47,929 nt of DNA, from contig NC_086114.1 of assembly GCF_963921235.1 (NCBI RefSeq), positions 50,484,072 through 50,532,000 of the forward strand, given 5' to 3'. Within the stretch, counting starts at the first letter, position 1. Each line of letters opens with the position of its first letter. Position numbers and translations under genes: made by a program. This stretch comes from Mobula hypostoma. Taxonomy: Eukaryota. Positions 1 to 12,429 of the stretch are shown in pieces. Below the pieces are notes generated by a model. That model was not told the origin of the DNA. It saw nothing but the letters and a program-made list of their open reading frames with translations, and did no database searches.

Positions 1-2
1 TT

Positions 3-304
3 NNNNNNNNNNNNNNNNNNNNNNNNNNNNNNNNNNNNNNNNNNNNNNNNNNNNNNNNNNNNNNNNNNNNNNNNNNNNNNNNNNNNNNNNNNNNNNNNNN
101 NNNNNNNNNNNNNNNNNNNNNNNNNNNNNNNNNNNNNNNNTCCCTCCCCTTCNNNNNNNNNNNNNNNNNNNNNNNNNNNNNNNNNNNNNNNNNNNNNNNN
201 NNNNNNNNNNNNNNNNNNNNNNNNNNNNNNNNNNNNNNNNNNNNNNNNNNNNNNNNNNNNNNNNNNNNNNNNNNNNNNNNNNNNNNNNNNNNNNNNNNNN
301 NNNN
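3..304. other. Assembly gap (N run with a 12-nt pyrimidine island at 141-152)
   Basis: Runs of n in the sequence. Confidence 0.99.
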
Positions 305-689
305 TTCCCTATTTCAAGTCCTTTTGAGATACTTTAGTAGGCTTTATAGTCTAGATGATGACGTTGTGATAGGGGTAGAAGAGTCTGCATATTTTCTCTG
401 TAATGGAGGGGATTTCCTCTCATATCTTCCCCCCCCCCCAAAAAAAAAAGAAATATATGCAGGCCGGGAGATTAATTGGTAACTGTAAAATTGCTCCTCA
501 TACACAAAGGGAAGTTTAGATTTGTGATGAGTTAATGGGAAAGCTGGGAGAATAAAAATAAAGGGATTACATTTAGATTGGTGTAAATGGGTGATAGATG
601 GCTAGCACAAACTCGATGGTCTGAAGGGCTTCTGTGCTTTACCTCTTTATGATTCTATCCATAACCCCTTTCTGGGGGGCTTAAATACA

Positions 690-815
690 ATAATTCCAAG
701 TTTGCTGATGACATGAAACTAAGTGTGTGGTGTTGAAGATGCAAAATAGCTTCAAATGGATATAGACAACCATGGTAAGTGGATAACAACATAACTGGGT
801 AGATGTAAATGGATG
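690..815 (+). mobile_element. Degraded CR1 LINE RT fragment
   Basis: aagtttgctgatgac (KFADD) followed by LQxDID-like sequence. Confidence 0.65.
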
Positions 816-980
816 ATTGTTTGACACTATGGACCCAGTCGGGCAAAAGGTTTGTTTTCCGATGGCACCTCTCTGTGACTCCATAACTGTATTTCAAATT
901 AACCCTTTTGGTTTTCATTTATAATGACATTGTATTCTACAGGATGAGGCATTCACTGTGGGTTTTGTTCTTCTTTACAG

Positions 981-1052
981 AGGTTTCGTTTTTGTGGCGA
1001 TCTGGACTGTCCTGACTGGGTTCTGGCAGAGATCAGCACCTTGGCAAAAGTA
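981..1052 (+). CDS. COMMD4: COMM domain-containing protein 4, exon 2 ([24 protein letters not shown])
   Basis: Acceptor ttctttacag. Donor gttgag at 1053, with an alternative gtagtt at 1050. Hallmark COMMD4 N-terminus. Confidence 0.95.
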
Positions 1053-1159
1053 GTTGAGTATCTAACCCTCTGGATAGCTGAGTGTGGTGGTGTTTATTGC
1101 GCTGTGCTTTCTAACCAAGGAAGTAGTTTTTGCATTAATGCACGTTCCGAAGTTATCAA

Positions 1160-1665
1160 GAAGGAATTCATTGCTAAAAGGATTGAATTTAAGAGAAGGG
1201 AGCTTATGCTGCAACCGTACAGGGTACCAGTGAAGCTGCGTCTGGATACTGCAAGCAGTTCTGGTCTCCTGACTTAAGGCTTTGGAAGTGACATAGAGAA
1301 GGTTCAGCAGGTTGATCCCAAAGATGAGGGGTTAGCCTCTGAGGAAAAATCGAGTTGCCTGGGACTATAGTTGCTGGAATTCAGAAGACTGAGAGGGGAT
1401 CTTATAGAAACATAAAATTATGAAAGGGATGAATAAGATACAGGCAGGAAAGCTGTTTCCTTTGGTAAGAGGGATGAGAACTAGACCAAATGGGAGAGTC
1501 TAGGACCCATTTACAACTGAGATGAGGAATTTCTTTAGCCAGAGGGTGGTTAATCTGTGGAATGCATTGCGTGGGTGGCTTTGGAGCCAGGTCATTGGGT
1601 ATATTTAAAGTGGAGGTTTGCTAGGTTCATGGTTAGTAAGGGCATTAAAGGTTATGAGGGAGAAG
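1160..1665 (+). mobile_element. CR1 LINE 3' fragment
   Basis: Remnants of RGDLIETYKI and RNFFSQRVVNLWN typical of the CR1 ORF2 C-terminus. Confidence 0.85.
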
Positions 1666-2165
1666 GCTTTCTGTATGGAGTTTGCACACTCTCCCTCCAG
1701 CAGCTTCCTCCCACGTTTCCAATACAGTTAAGTTGGTAGGTTAATAGACAACTCTAAATAACACTGGATTGTTGATGAGAGATAGAATGTGGGGACAATA
1801 GAAAGAAAACAAGGATTAAGGTAGAATTTGTGGAAATGGGTGGTTAGTGGATTGTGGGCTGAAGGGCCTGTTGCGATATAGTATGTCCCTTTAGTTCTTT
1901 GACCCTGTATAAACCAAATGTATAAAGAGCTATCATACCATCCGTTCAAGCTTACCATATCACAGAGATCAAATTAATTCAAGTGTGCAATGTGCATCAC
2001 GATTTGACCAGTAATAGTACTGGGAATATTGTTTTGCTGGTATTTAATGCTCCAATTTGTTTTGTTTCAGAGGTTTCACATTCAAGGTGGAATGCGCAAT
2101 CTGTGCTTGAGGTGAAAATAAGAATGAATTGCAATCCTTTAATGCTATTGCTTTTATGCTTGTAG

Positions 2166-2231
2166 TCATCCGTGAAGATAAAGTTGCTCTGTGTCCAGGT
2201 ACTGAAAGATCTACTGGGAGAAGGAATTGAT
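2166..2231 (+). CDS. COMMD4: COMMD4 exon 3 (SSVKIKLLCVQVLKDLLGEGID)
   Basis: tgtag acceptor, gtgagg donor, phase 0/0. Confidence 0.96.
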
Positions 2232-2394
2232 GTGAGGACTCTTTATAAAACTATTATTGCGTGACCTGTGTAATGAAGGGTTAAAGGGGGAGGGTGCTTC
2301 AACAATCAGCCACATACTGAGGAAGGTTTCCTTTCCATTTGTAATTCTTTTCTGGCTTTCATTTTAATGGAGGAGCTACATCATTCATGGTTTA

Positions 2395-2865
2395 TGGAGC
2401 TTGTTCCAACACCCTCTTTGAAGATGCTGCCAGGACTTGAGAGAACAAGTTATAGAAAGGGGTTGAGCAGGTTGGGACTTTATTCATTGGAGCATAGGAG
2501 AATGAGGGGTTGTTCTTGTAGGGGTGTCTAAAGTCATGAGGGCAACGATGTGGCGAATACACACCGTCTTTAGGGATTGGGGATCCAGAACTAGAGGACA
2601 TAGTGTAGGTTTAAGGTGAAAGGGTAGAGATGTAGTAGGAACATGAGGAGAAACATTTTCACCCTTTACACGGAATGAGCTGCTCGAGGAAGAAACAGGT
2701 ACATTAACAATATTTAGAAGAAACTTGGACAGGTACATGAATGGGAAGGGTTTAGAGGGAAATGGACCAAAAGTGGGCAAATAAGACTAACGTTGAAGGG
2801 AACCTTGGTTGGCATGGAGCAATTGGGTAGAAAGAACAGTTTCTCTGCCGAGTGACTCTATGACC
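2395..2865 (+). mobile_element. CR1 LINE 3' fragment with 3' UTR
   Basis: Decayed ORF2 C-terminus ending in the tgactctatgac tail. Confidence 0.8.
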
Positions 2866-3433
2866 TCCTAGTTAGATATATTCAACCATTTCATTGTTGT
2901 TGAATTCAAATCCTGCCACTCCAAACAATATCTTGTGGAAGCTCGGACACCAATAGGACCAAAATTCTTTTATAACTTAGGTACGTGTTCTAGAGTGTTC
3001 TTATGAAACTCACCCAAATTTTCTAGAGTTTGTGTGCCTACTGTAAAATGTTCTAGAGCACACATTATAGATTATCCGTAAATGTTCTTAGTTACAAATG
3101 TGAAGCTGTAGGGACAGTTTCGTTGTCAGGTTGGAATATTACAGAATAATAAGGAAAATCAATCCAGTAATGTATGTAAAATACCATCCCACTGTGTTTC
3201 ATTCACTTTCCCGTCTACGGTAAATTTGGGCAATGTTTACATTGTGTTTGACCCACCACCAGGCAGTGCTAGTACTGAAGGTATCAGTATGTATGTGGTT
3301 AAATACAATGAGCATGGAATTTATTTATTTTCACTAAACAAACGGGAGGTTTGGAAATGCTTCACATCGAGTACATATTAAATTTGGAGTTGTCACCTCA
3401 ATAATTTATTCCCTGTTACCCCTCTCATTTCAG

Positions 3434-3473
3434 TATGAGAAAATTACAAAACTAACTGCAGATGCCAAGTTTG
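3434..3473 (+). CDS. COMMD4: COMMD4 exon 4 (YEKITKLTADAKF)
   Basis: tttcag acceptor, gtaagt donor, 40 nt. Confidence 0.96.
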
Positions 3474-3536
3474 GTAAGTCCTTCTCTTCAAGTATTGATT
3501 AGCTTTGTAATGCTATAAGCATCTAAATTGAAAGGA

Positions 3537-4460
3537 GTTAGTATTGGTTTGTTGTCATATGTTCCCAGATACAGTGAAAAGCTTGTCTTACATACTGTTC
3601 ATATATATCATTACGTAGTGTGTTGAGCAGCAATAAGGTAATACAATGGCAATGTAAAATAAAGTGTAAAAGCTAGCAAACAAAGTGCAGTATAGCTAAA
3701 TGATAAAGTGCAAGATCATAGTGAGGTAGACTGTGAGCCGTGAGTCTATCTTATCGTACAAGAGGCTCATTTAAGAGTCTGACATCTGAGGATAGAAGCT
3801 GTCTTTGAGCCTGGTGGTACCTGCTGTCAGGCTTTTGTGTCTTCTTCCCGAAAGGAGAGGGGTGAATAGAGAACAAACTGTAATGTACTTTTTCCTGGCC
3901 TTCCAAAGCGATCTATTAACAAACTTCAACTTATTCAGAACTTGTTTTTAAAGCTCTCAATGATCTGACACCAGAGTACATCACAGAATCGCTTTTGTTT
4001 TATAATCCTGCTCGAGTTCTCTAGTCTTCCACCAGTCTCTTAAATTTAAACAATCCCCCCAAAGGTATTTGGCAGGTCAGCTTTTTTGAACTACACTCCT
4101 AAAGTGTTGATTCAATACCTAAAACTATAAGGGATGCAGACTCAGTTGACACTTATAAACACCAGCTGAAATCTTACTAATTTAACCTTGCTTTTAACTA
4201 TTTTTATTTTCATGTTTGCACTTTATCCCATTGTAAAGTACTTTGAACTACATTATCTATATGAAAAACACTCAAAAGTAAGTTATTTGTAGCTGGGGTC
4301 TTTGATTATGCTGGCTGCTTTCCTGAGACAATGAGAAGTATAGACAGAGTCCGTAGAAGGGAAGGCTGACTCCTGTGATGTGCTGAGCTGTGTTCTGCAG
4401 TTTCTTGCATCACGTACAGAGTAGTGGCCAAACCAAACTGTTAGCATCCAGACAGAAAGC
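3537..4460 (-). mobile_element. Rex1/Babar-like LINE 3' portion, interrupted by an L2-like fragment
   Basis: Antisense copy of the 3' UTR family also seen at 31875-32110 and 45510-45720; resumes after 4290. Confidence 0.55.
3879..4288 (+). mobile_element. L2-like LINE 3' fragment
   Basis: Remnants of GLPKRSINKLQLIQN and FKALNDLTPEYI, with an L2-type tail (tgtaaagtactttg...aagtaagtt). Confidence 0.6.
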
Positions 4461-4751
4461 TGGAGATATTTGGGTCAGGCCAGACCTGAGGTGCGAAGTA
4501 CAGTCTGTGTTACATCACAAAAAGGGTACTGACCGAAAATCACTTGCTTGCCACAGGGGCTGCCTGACCCACTGAGTTTAGTCTGCATATTTTATACTTG
4601 CTGTAGAGTTGGAAACACTAATTTTATAACTACGTTTTGAATTCCCAGTTACTTTGTTCTGCATGTTTTTATAGCAAAACGTGTCTTTCAAAGGACATTT
4701 GGTACTGTATCCGGCTGCCAAAAATAATGCTGCTTCATTTTTGAATTTTAG

Positions 4752-4871
4752 ACTCGAGCGATATTAAAGCCACAATTGCAGTGCTAAATTTTGTTTTGTC
4801 AAGTGCTGCCAAATATGGAGTTAACGGAGAGTCATTGTCAAGTGAATTGCAACAACTTGGATTGCCAAAAG
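4752..4871 (+). CDS. COMMD4: COMMD4 exon 5 ([40 protein letters not shown])
   Basis: ttttag acceptor, gtatga donor, 120 nt. Confidence 0.97.
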
Positions 4872-5182
4872 GTATGAATTCTCACGCCTGTGGTATTAAC
4901 GTGTTTATGAAACTCTATTGAACAGATCATCCCAACTTTCAAATGCACATACATATGGATGAGCGAACATTTGGAAGACTGGATTGGTGGATTTGCTGGT
5001 GGCTTCAGAGCTGTAGGCGTCCACTGCTGAGTTGGAGCTCTGTTTTCTGATCTGCAAACTGTTTGGGTTATGAACAGTTTACAGGAACGGAACCCTGTCG
5101 AAACCTGGGGAGGACTTGTTATAAACCTGAAGCTCGTGGGTCTGCAGATCTCACTGTCAGATGGAGTAGTTGAGATGAACTA

Positions 5183-5730
5183 CACTCAGTGTCCATTTTA
5201 TTGGTCACGGGAGTGTGCCCAATAATGTGGCCACAGGAGTGGAACCCAGTGTGACCTTCTGCTGCTGTACACCATCCATTTCAAGGTTTGACATGCTGTG
5301 CATTCAGAGATGCTCTTCTACATGCCTCTGTTGTAACGTGGTTATTTGAGTTGCTGTTGCCCTCCTACCAGCTTGAACCAGCCATTCTCCTCTGACCTCT
5401 TATTAACACACCGTTTGTGCCCACAGAGCTGCCACTCACTGGATGATGTTGCTTCTTTTGCGGCATTCTCTGTAAACTCTAGAGACTGTTGGTGTGAAAA
5501 TCCCAGGACATCAGTAGCTTCTGAGATACTGAAACTGCCCCATCTGACACCAACAATCATTCAAAGATCACATTTCTGTCCCATTCTGATGTCTGGTCTG
5601 AACAACAACTAAACCTCTTGACCATGTCTGCCTGAGTTTCTGCATTGACTTGCTGTCATATGATTGGCTGATTAGATATTTGCAATAATGAGCAAGTGAC
5701 AAGAACGTACCTCATAAAGTGGCCACTGAG
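5183..5730 (-). mobile_element. Non-autonomous Tc1-like DNA transposon
   Basis: TIRs cactcagtgtccattttatt ... ataaagtggccactgag, with TA on the left. Antisense Tc1 HTH remnant MIVGVRWGSFSISEATDVLGFS. Confidence 0.8.
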
Positions 5731-6907
5731 GAACTACATTAATACATGTAGAAGGTGCTAATATTCTGAACGTGCCCTACCCATTAAACAGTGGGGGAAA
5801 AAAAACCTTGACGTCTGTCTAAGCTATGTGTCCCTGCTCTTGTGGTTTAAAACCTGAAAAATGACATTTCACAGATATTCAAATTATTAAAAACTATTGG
5901 CAAAACTGTACTTTTTAACAAATAATGATAATGAATACACTTATTTAAAATTATATTAAGTAGAGGCAGATACATTAGGGATATTTAAGAAGCTCTTGGA
6001 AGATAGAAAAATGGAGGGCTATGTAGGAGGAAAGGGCTAGATTAATCTCAGAATTGGCACAACATCATGGGCCAAAGGGCTTGTACTGTGCTGTAATTTT
6101 CAATGTTCAATGTTCTTAAGCACTCTTCTCCAGCAAAGCTATTCCTCTCCACTGAAATTTCCTTACATCTTGGGTGTAACCTAGAACAGCTGCTAAAGAA
6201 TTGGAGCGAATTCATGCTCTGCTGAGTCGAACGTCCAGAATAGAACAGCACACAGCATTCTGTAAATTCAGTTTTGGTCATAGTTGGCAGATTTGGCAAC
6301 ATATGTGGAATGAAAACCAGGTAGTTTTTCAAATCAAGAACAGGAGTCATAAAAGCTCACTGAGTCAGTGCTAGCAACCAAATCACCTACATTGTAATCC
6401 TACATGAATCCTATCTCTTATTCTCCCCATGTTCTCAACTGACCTCGGATTTACCACTTACTTGCACACTAGGACAAGTTTACACAGGCCAGTTAACCTA
6501 CCAACCAGCACATCTTTGGGATATAGGAGGAAACGAGCACTTGGAGGAAACCCACACTCTCATGGGGAGAATGTGAAAAGTTCATACAGGCAGCACCCAG
6601 GGTCTCTGGTGCTGTAGAGACAGGGGTACTGCTAAGATCTTGTATCAGAACTTGACCTTTGTTACGGATTTCTAACAGTTCCAGTAATGATAATTCAGCT
6701 GTCCCACAGATCTGTTCAGCTATGAGATCAGTATAATTTTAAATTTTGTGTCAGTATGACCAGATTAAAACTAAATGCATATTGGGAGTGTTTTGGGTGA
6801 GTTAGATTGCTTGCTTTGAATCATTGCAGAATTTGTTGTAGCCTTTGATAATACCTACAGAACTGGGTCAAAAATCCACTAACTAAATTTCCCATTTAAC
6901 ATTTCAG

Positions 6908-6988
6908 AACATGCTGTGGCGCTTTGTAAATCTTATGAAGACAAACACACTGTCCTTCAGGATAAACTAAAGGAGAGCAGTCTGCGGT
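6908..6988 (+). CDS. COMMD4: COMMD4 exon 6 (EHAVALCKSYEDKHTVLQDKLKESSLR)
   Basis: tttcag acceptor, gtaagt donor, 81 nt. Confidence 0.96.
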
Positions 6989-7148
6989 GTAAGTAGCACT
7001 ACTTTCTAAGGTTTTGTGTTAAAGATATTAATTTGGAGTTTATGCTTTGTGATTGTTGGATTGTTGTCAAAAATAGGAGACGTGAAGACTTTCCTCTTTG
7101 TTTAAAAAATCAAGCATTGAAGTCTTAAGTACCAATCTTTTTGTGCAG

Positions 7149-7325
7149 TAAACAAACTAGACTCGGTGTCATGGAGAGTGGACTACACACTAAGCTCCAG
7201 TGAGATGAAGGAGGTAAACGAACCAATTGTTCACCTGAAAATTAATGTTAAGAATGTAGACACGGATGCTGTGGAGCCAACAGTCGTTTCGGTGTCAACT
7301 GACAAGTTCAGAGTCTTACTAACAG
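7149..7325 (+). CDS. COMMD4: COMMD4 exon 7, COMM domain (LNKLDSVSWRVDYTLSSSEMKEVNEPIVHLK...DKFRVLLT)
   Basis: tgcag acceptor, gtaagg donor, 177 nt. Contains the COMM-domain WRVD motif. Confidence 0.97.
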
Positions 7326-7602
7326 GTAAGGTAAACTGGTAACTGAGGGAGGGATATCAGTAATTTGACTGGGCACATTTTCATTCTATGTAAAAATGTG
7401 ACAGATTAAACCATCATTTCTAACAAATGAGCCTACTGAGCGACTCCTGCGTCAAGCCTACGATTGGTTCTTAAGTTGTTACAAGTTAATTTTTAAGATT
7501 CTTGATCTTGGGTTCAAATATCTCCATGGTCTTGCTGACCATGTCTTTAACTCTCTGCAAATCCAGTTGAAAACTGCACAGTCCTCGAACTGACTTTTGT
7601 AC

Positions 7603-10340
7603 ATGAAATTAGGAGAGCCAGAAGGGGCCATGAGAAGGCCTTGGTGGGCAGGATTAAGGAAAACCCCAAGGCATTCTACAAGTATGTGAGGAGCAAGAGG
7701 ATAAGACGTGAGAGAATAGGACCAATCGAGTGTGACAGTGGAAAAGTGTGTATGAAACCAGAGGAGGTAGTGGAGGTACTTAATGAATACTTTGCTTCAG
7801 TATTCGGTACGGAAAAGGACCTGGGCGATTGTAGGGATGACTTACAGTGGGCTGAAAAGCTTGAGCATTTAGACATTGTGACGAGAATACACATAAAATG
7901 AAGATGTTTGCTGGCCTGGGCTAGCATCAGTGGTATCAGCAGTTGGTCTGCCACCTGCCCTCAGGGGAAGGAGAGATAAGGAACAATGGAGCAGCGTCTG
8001 GAGATGTGTAATGAAGGGACGGGGGAGAGAGAGAGCTGTCTGGAGCGGCTCCCCCTTTGAACCCTGAACTGTTTGAAGTGATGGACAGGCGATACCCCAG
8101 CAGGGGGATAAAAAGGGACAGGTTCGCTAAGACAGACACACGCCACCCGAGGTAACGAGACCCTGGAAGCGGTACGCTTCTCACGAGTCGGTGAGAGGTA
8201 CCGGACAACGGCCAGGGTGGAAAGGTACGATCAGCGGGAACCCGGTGTGTGTCCGCCCTTGCCTGGGTGCTGGGTTCACTGCAGAGGATCGACCGCATCT
8301 GGAGGAGGGGTCACAGTCGGTGACCTCAGGTGACATCACCAAGGACCCGCCCAAAAGTTGCTTGTGAGCAATCTCGCCGGTCTGTGAGTGAAGCCGTTCT
8401 GAATGATCAGTTGTTCCTGTTCTATCTCTCTCTTCCCCAACGTTGTCCATCGCCATGGCAACGATTACTGCGAACTGAACTACTAAAACTGGACTGAACT
8501 TTGAGTCACTTTGGAATTTGGTCATTTACTCCTAGACAACGATAGAGCTTGATTGATGCTGTTATCTTAATTCTGTGCACATGTGTGTTTATCATCGCTG
8601 AACTGTTGCATTTATTATCCTTTCGATTACTGTGTTGCTTGTTTTTTTAATAAAACTTTCTTAGTTCTAGTACTCCAGACTCCAACTGAGTGATCCATTT
8701 CTGCTGGTTTGGCAACCCAGTTACGGGGTACGTAACAACATTAAGAAAGAGGATGTGCTGGAGCTTTTGGAAAGTATTAAGTTAGATAAGTCACTGGGAC
8801 TGGACGAGATGTACCCCAGGCTACTGTGGGAGGCGAGGGAGGAGATTGCTGAACCTCTGGCAATGATCTTTGCATCATCAATGGGGACGGGAGAGGTTCC
8901 GGAGGATTGGAGGGTTGCAGATGTTGTTCCTTTATTCAAGAAAGGGAGTAGAGATAGCCCAGGAAATTATAGACCAGTGAGTCTTACTTCAGTGGTTGGT
9001 AAGTTGATGGAGAAGATCCTGAGAGGCAGGATTTATGAACATTTGGAGAGACATAATATGATTAGGAATAGTCAGCGTGGCTTTGTCAAAGTCAGGTTGT
9101 GTCTTACAAGCCTGATTGAATTTCTTGAGGATGTGACTAAGCACATTGATGAAGGTAGAGCAGTAGATGCAGTATATATGGATTTCGGCAAGGCATTTGA
9201 TAAGGTACCCCATGCAAGGCTTATTGAGAAAGTAAGGAGGCATGGGATCCAAGGGGACCTTGCGTTGTGGATCCAGAATTGGCTTGCCCACAGAAGGCAA
9301 AGAGTGGTTGTAGACGGGTCATATTCTGCATGGAGGTTGGTGACCAGTGGTTTGCCTCAGGGATCTGTTCTGGTACCCCTTCGTGATTTTTATAAATGAC
9401 CTGGATGAGGAAGTGGGGGAATGGGTTAGTAAATTTGCTGATGACACAAAGGTTGAGGGTGTTGTAGATAGTATGGAGGGCTGTCAGAGGTTACAGCGGG
9501 ACATCGATGCAAACTGGGCTGAGAAGTGGCAGATGGAGTTCAACCCAGATAAGTGTGAGGTGGTTCATTTTGGTAGGTCAAATGTGATGGCAGAATATAG
9601 TATTAATGGTAAGACTCTTGGCAGTGTAGAGGATCAGAGGGAGCTTGGGGTCCGAGCCCATAGGACACTCAAAGCTGCTGTGCAAGTTGACTGTGTAGTT
9701 AAGAAGGCATACGATGTATTGGTCTTCATCAACCATGTGATTGAGTTCAAGAGCTGAGAGGTAATGTTACAGCTTTATAGGACGCGGGTCAGACCCCACT
9801 TTGAGTACTGTGCTCAGTTCTGGCCACCTCACTACAGGAAGGATGTGGAAACTATAGAAAGGGTTTTACAAGATATTTATAAGGATGTTGCCTGGATTGA
9901 GGAGCATGCCTTATGAGATAAGGTTGAGTGAACTTGGCCTTTTCTCCTTGGAGCAATGGAGGATGAGAGGTGACCTGATAGAGGTGTATAAGATGATGAG
10001 AGGCATTGATCGTGTGGATAGCCGGAGGCTTTTTCCCAGGGCTGAAGTGGCTAACATGAGAGGGCACAGTTTTAAGATGCTTGGAAGTAGGTACAGAGAA
10101 GATGTTGAGGTAAGTTTTTTACGCAGAGAGTGGTGAATGCATGGAATGGGCTGTAGGCAACGGTGGTGGAGGCAGATATAATAGAGTCTTTTAAGAGACT
10201 CTTGGACAGGTACATGGAGCTTAGAAAAATAGAGGGCTATGGGTAACCCTAGGTAATTTCTAAAGTAAGTACATGTTCAGCATTGCATTGTGGACCAAAA
10301 GGCTTGTACTATGCTGTAGGGTTTCTATGTTTTTTCTATA
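7603..10340 (+). mobile_element. 5'-truncated CR1 LINE (ORF2 RT, frameshifted), split by a solo LTR
   Basis: ORFs 7641-7901, 8755-9399, 9347-9757 and 9885-10136 carry PGNYRPVSLTS, YMDFGKAFDKV, PQGSVL and KFADDTK. Ends in a tttctatg tail. Confidence 0.96.
7877..8737 (+). mobile_element. Solo LTR, 861 bp, 4-bp TSD ACAT
   Basis: Termini TGTGACG...CGTAACA. ACAT at 7873-7876 and 8738-8741. TATA-like gataaaaa at ~8107, AATAAA at 8649. Removing it restores the CR1 sequence. Confidence 0.92.
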
Positions 10341-10659
10341 CCCTACTTCTCCATAATGCAATAAGCACCAATGCCAATTAACCAGACTGGGACCTCTGCT
10401 TCTAAGACAGCGTCTACCCTACTGCTTTAAGACTCTTGAATGGACTTTGTGTAACTTTAAGATGGACTCCTGACCTTACAACTTCATGGCCATTTCACCT
10501 TATCGTCTACCTGCACTGCACTTTCTCTGTAACTACCACAATATTCAGCATGCTCTCATTGATTTTCTCTTGGACTACACTGATAGATTTATTTTTAAAT
10601 CACCTCCATGGATGGCTAGCATAACTAACCTTTTCTCTGTATCTTAGTATATATTCATC

Positions 10660-11165
10660 AATATTTATTGATTGATTGAGATGCAGCACAGAGTGTGCCC
10701 TCTGGCCCTTCGAGCCGTGCCACCCAGCAACCCCCATTTAACTCTAGCTCTAGCAGCTCTGGCAGACTGAACCACAGGGCAACTTACAATGCCCAATTAA
10801 CCTACAAACCGGTTCATGACAGGAAACTCACGGGGAGAACGTACAAACTTCTTACAGGCAGTGGTGGGTATTGAGCCCGAGTCGCTGATACTCTAAAGTT
10901 TTGTACTAACCTCTACTTTCTTGTGCCACCCTTTTGGTAGAGTAGCGCAGCAATTTAGCATAATGCCATTACGGTGCCAGCAACCCTGGGTTCAATCGGC
11001 TACGGGCTGTATGGAGTGTACATTCTCCCTGTGACCGCGTGGGTCTGCTCTCACATTCCAAAGACAAACGGGTTAGTAGGTTCATTGTTCATGTGATAAT
11101 TGGAGGGCATAGACTTGCTGGGCCATAATGGCTTGTTACTGTGCTGTATCTCAAAATAAAATCAA
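10660..11165. mobile_element. Two adjacent tRNA-derived SINEs in opposite orientation
   Basis: Minus copy ~10660-10930 resembles 15815-16205. Plus copy ~10940-11165 has B-box gggttcaatc and a CR1-like tail. Confidence 0.6.
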
Positions 11166-11759
11166 ATCAAACCAATTGCCTCTGCTCTGGAGTTCCCTCT
11201 TTTCCCCTTTGCAATCTCTTGCACCCTGTTGTTAGCTCCTTTCATGTTGCTCCTTCAAACCTAACTCCTAGCAATGCTTTAGGTAACCTGCCCTTATGAC
11301 AACTTTGTCTGATTACCTGGAAAGGTGTTACAACGTTAAAGTTCCCAAATAATTGCAATTAGAAATGAAATGCAAAGTGAGTAAAACTGCAGATTCTGAA
11401 ACAGAATCTCAAAAAACATGGTCAGCCTGGCAGCATCTGTGGAAAAACAAACTCGATAACATTTCAGGTCAAAGATTAAAGATTAGCTTTATTTGCCATA
11501 TTTGCATTGAAGCATCAAAACATGCAGTGAAATGCTTCCACGATCAGAACAGTCCAAAGATCTGCTGGGAACAGCCTACAGATGTTGCTATGCTTCCAGC
11601 ACTAATGTAGCATGCCCACAAATTAATAACTCTAATCTGTATGTCTTTGGAATGTGGGGTGACTTAGTCAGTTCCCCAAGGTTTTGCTTTATGCCCAGCT
11701 GACATGATGTGGGTGTTATTTATTTAGCAGCTCTTCAGGGCATCTTCACTGTGGGATTC

Positions 11760-12170
11760 ATAGAATCATAGAGCCCTACTGCACAGAATGGCCGTTCAGT
11801 ACATCTAGCCTTTGCCAGCCTGGTTTTCTGCCTCGTCCCATCTGTACACACCCAGACCATACCACACCACTCTCATCCATGGACCTATCCAAACTTCTCT
11901 TAAATGTTACCATTGAACCGGCTTCTACCATTTCTGCTGGCATGATGTTCCACCTTCTGAGTGAAGGTGTTCTCCCCCCAGGTTCCCCTTAAATATTTCA
12001 CCTCCCACCCAGCCTGACAGGGAAAAGCCTGCATGCATTCACACTATCTATATCTCCCATCATTTTTGCATACCTCTGTAAGATCTCCCCTAATTCTCCT
12101 GTGCTCCAGGGAATGAAGTCCTAATTTAGTCAACCTACCCCTGTAACTCACGTCTCAGCAAAATGCTCGT
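11760..12170 (-). mobile_element. CR1 LINE 3' fragment (antisense)
   Basis: Starts with catagaatcatagag, the reverse complement of the CR1 tail. Confidence 0.75.
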
Positions 12171-12388
12171 AAATTGGCTCAAGTTTGTATCTATAAGAAT
12201 GAAGCAACTAGAAATTGTGAAAACCTTTCCATCTCAATAATTGACGTCCAAAGAATTGGGCCAATGGGAACGAGCTCCTTGTTTAATGCTATGCTCCACA
12301 TTAAGCCATTAGACTTTTGGGTAAGTTGTTTTTGCATAGATCCCATCCTGATAATGGCTCATTGCTGCTCTTATTTCTCTCTCCTCAG

Positions 12389-12429
12389 AACTCAAGCAAG
12401 CACAAGCACTGATGAATGCCTTGAACTAA
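12389..12429 (+). CDS. COMMD4: COMMD4 terminal coding exon 8 (ELKQAQALMNALN*)
   Basis: Polypyrimidine tract and ctcag acceptor; TAA at 12427-12429. Confidence 0.95.

Larger units (their letters stand above)
981..12429 (+). other. COMMD4: COMMD4 gene span (coding exons 2-8; ATG-bearing exon 1 not securely located)
   Basis: Seven exons of 72+66+40+120+81+177+41 nt with AG/GT boundaries splice in frame. Adding an ATG gives 600 nt = 199 aa + stop, colinear with vertebrate COMMD4 ([18 protein letters not shown]...WRVDY...ELKQAQ). Confidence 0.97.

Noticed and set aside
944-980. ATG at 944 as the COMMD4 start
   Set aside because: It is 37 nt from exon 2, so out of frame.
8755-9757. Reverse-transcriptase ORFs as a retron, DGR or other novel RT system
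   Set aside because: Motifs and 3' tails are ordinary CR1 ORF2, frameshifted and present in many decayed copies.
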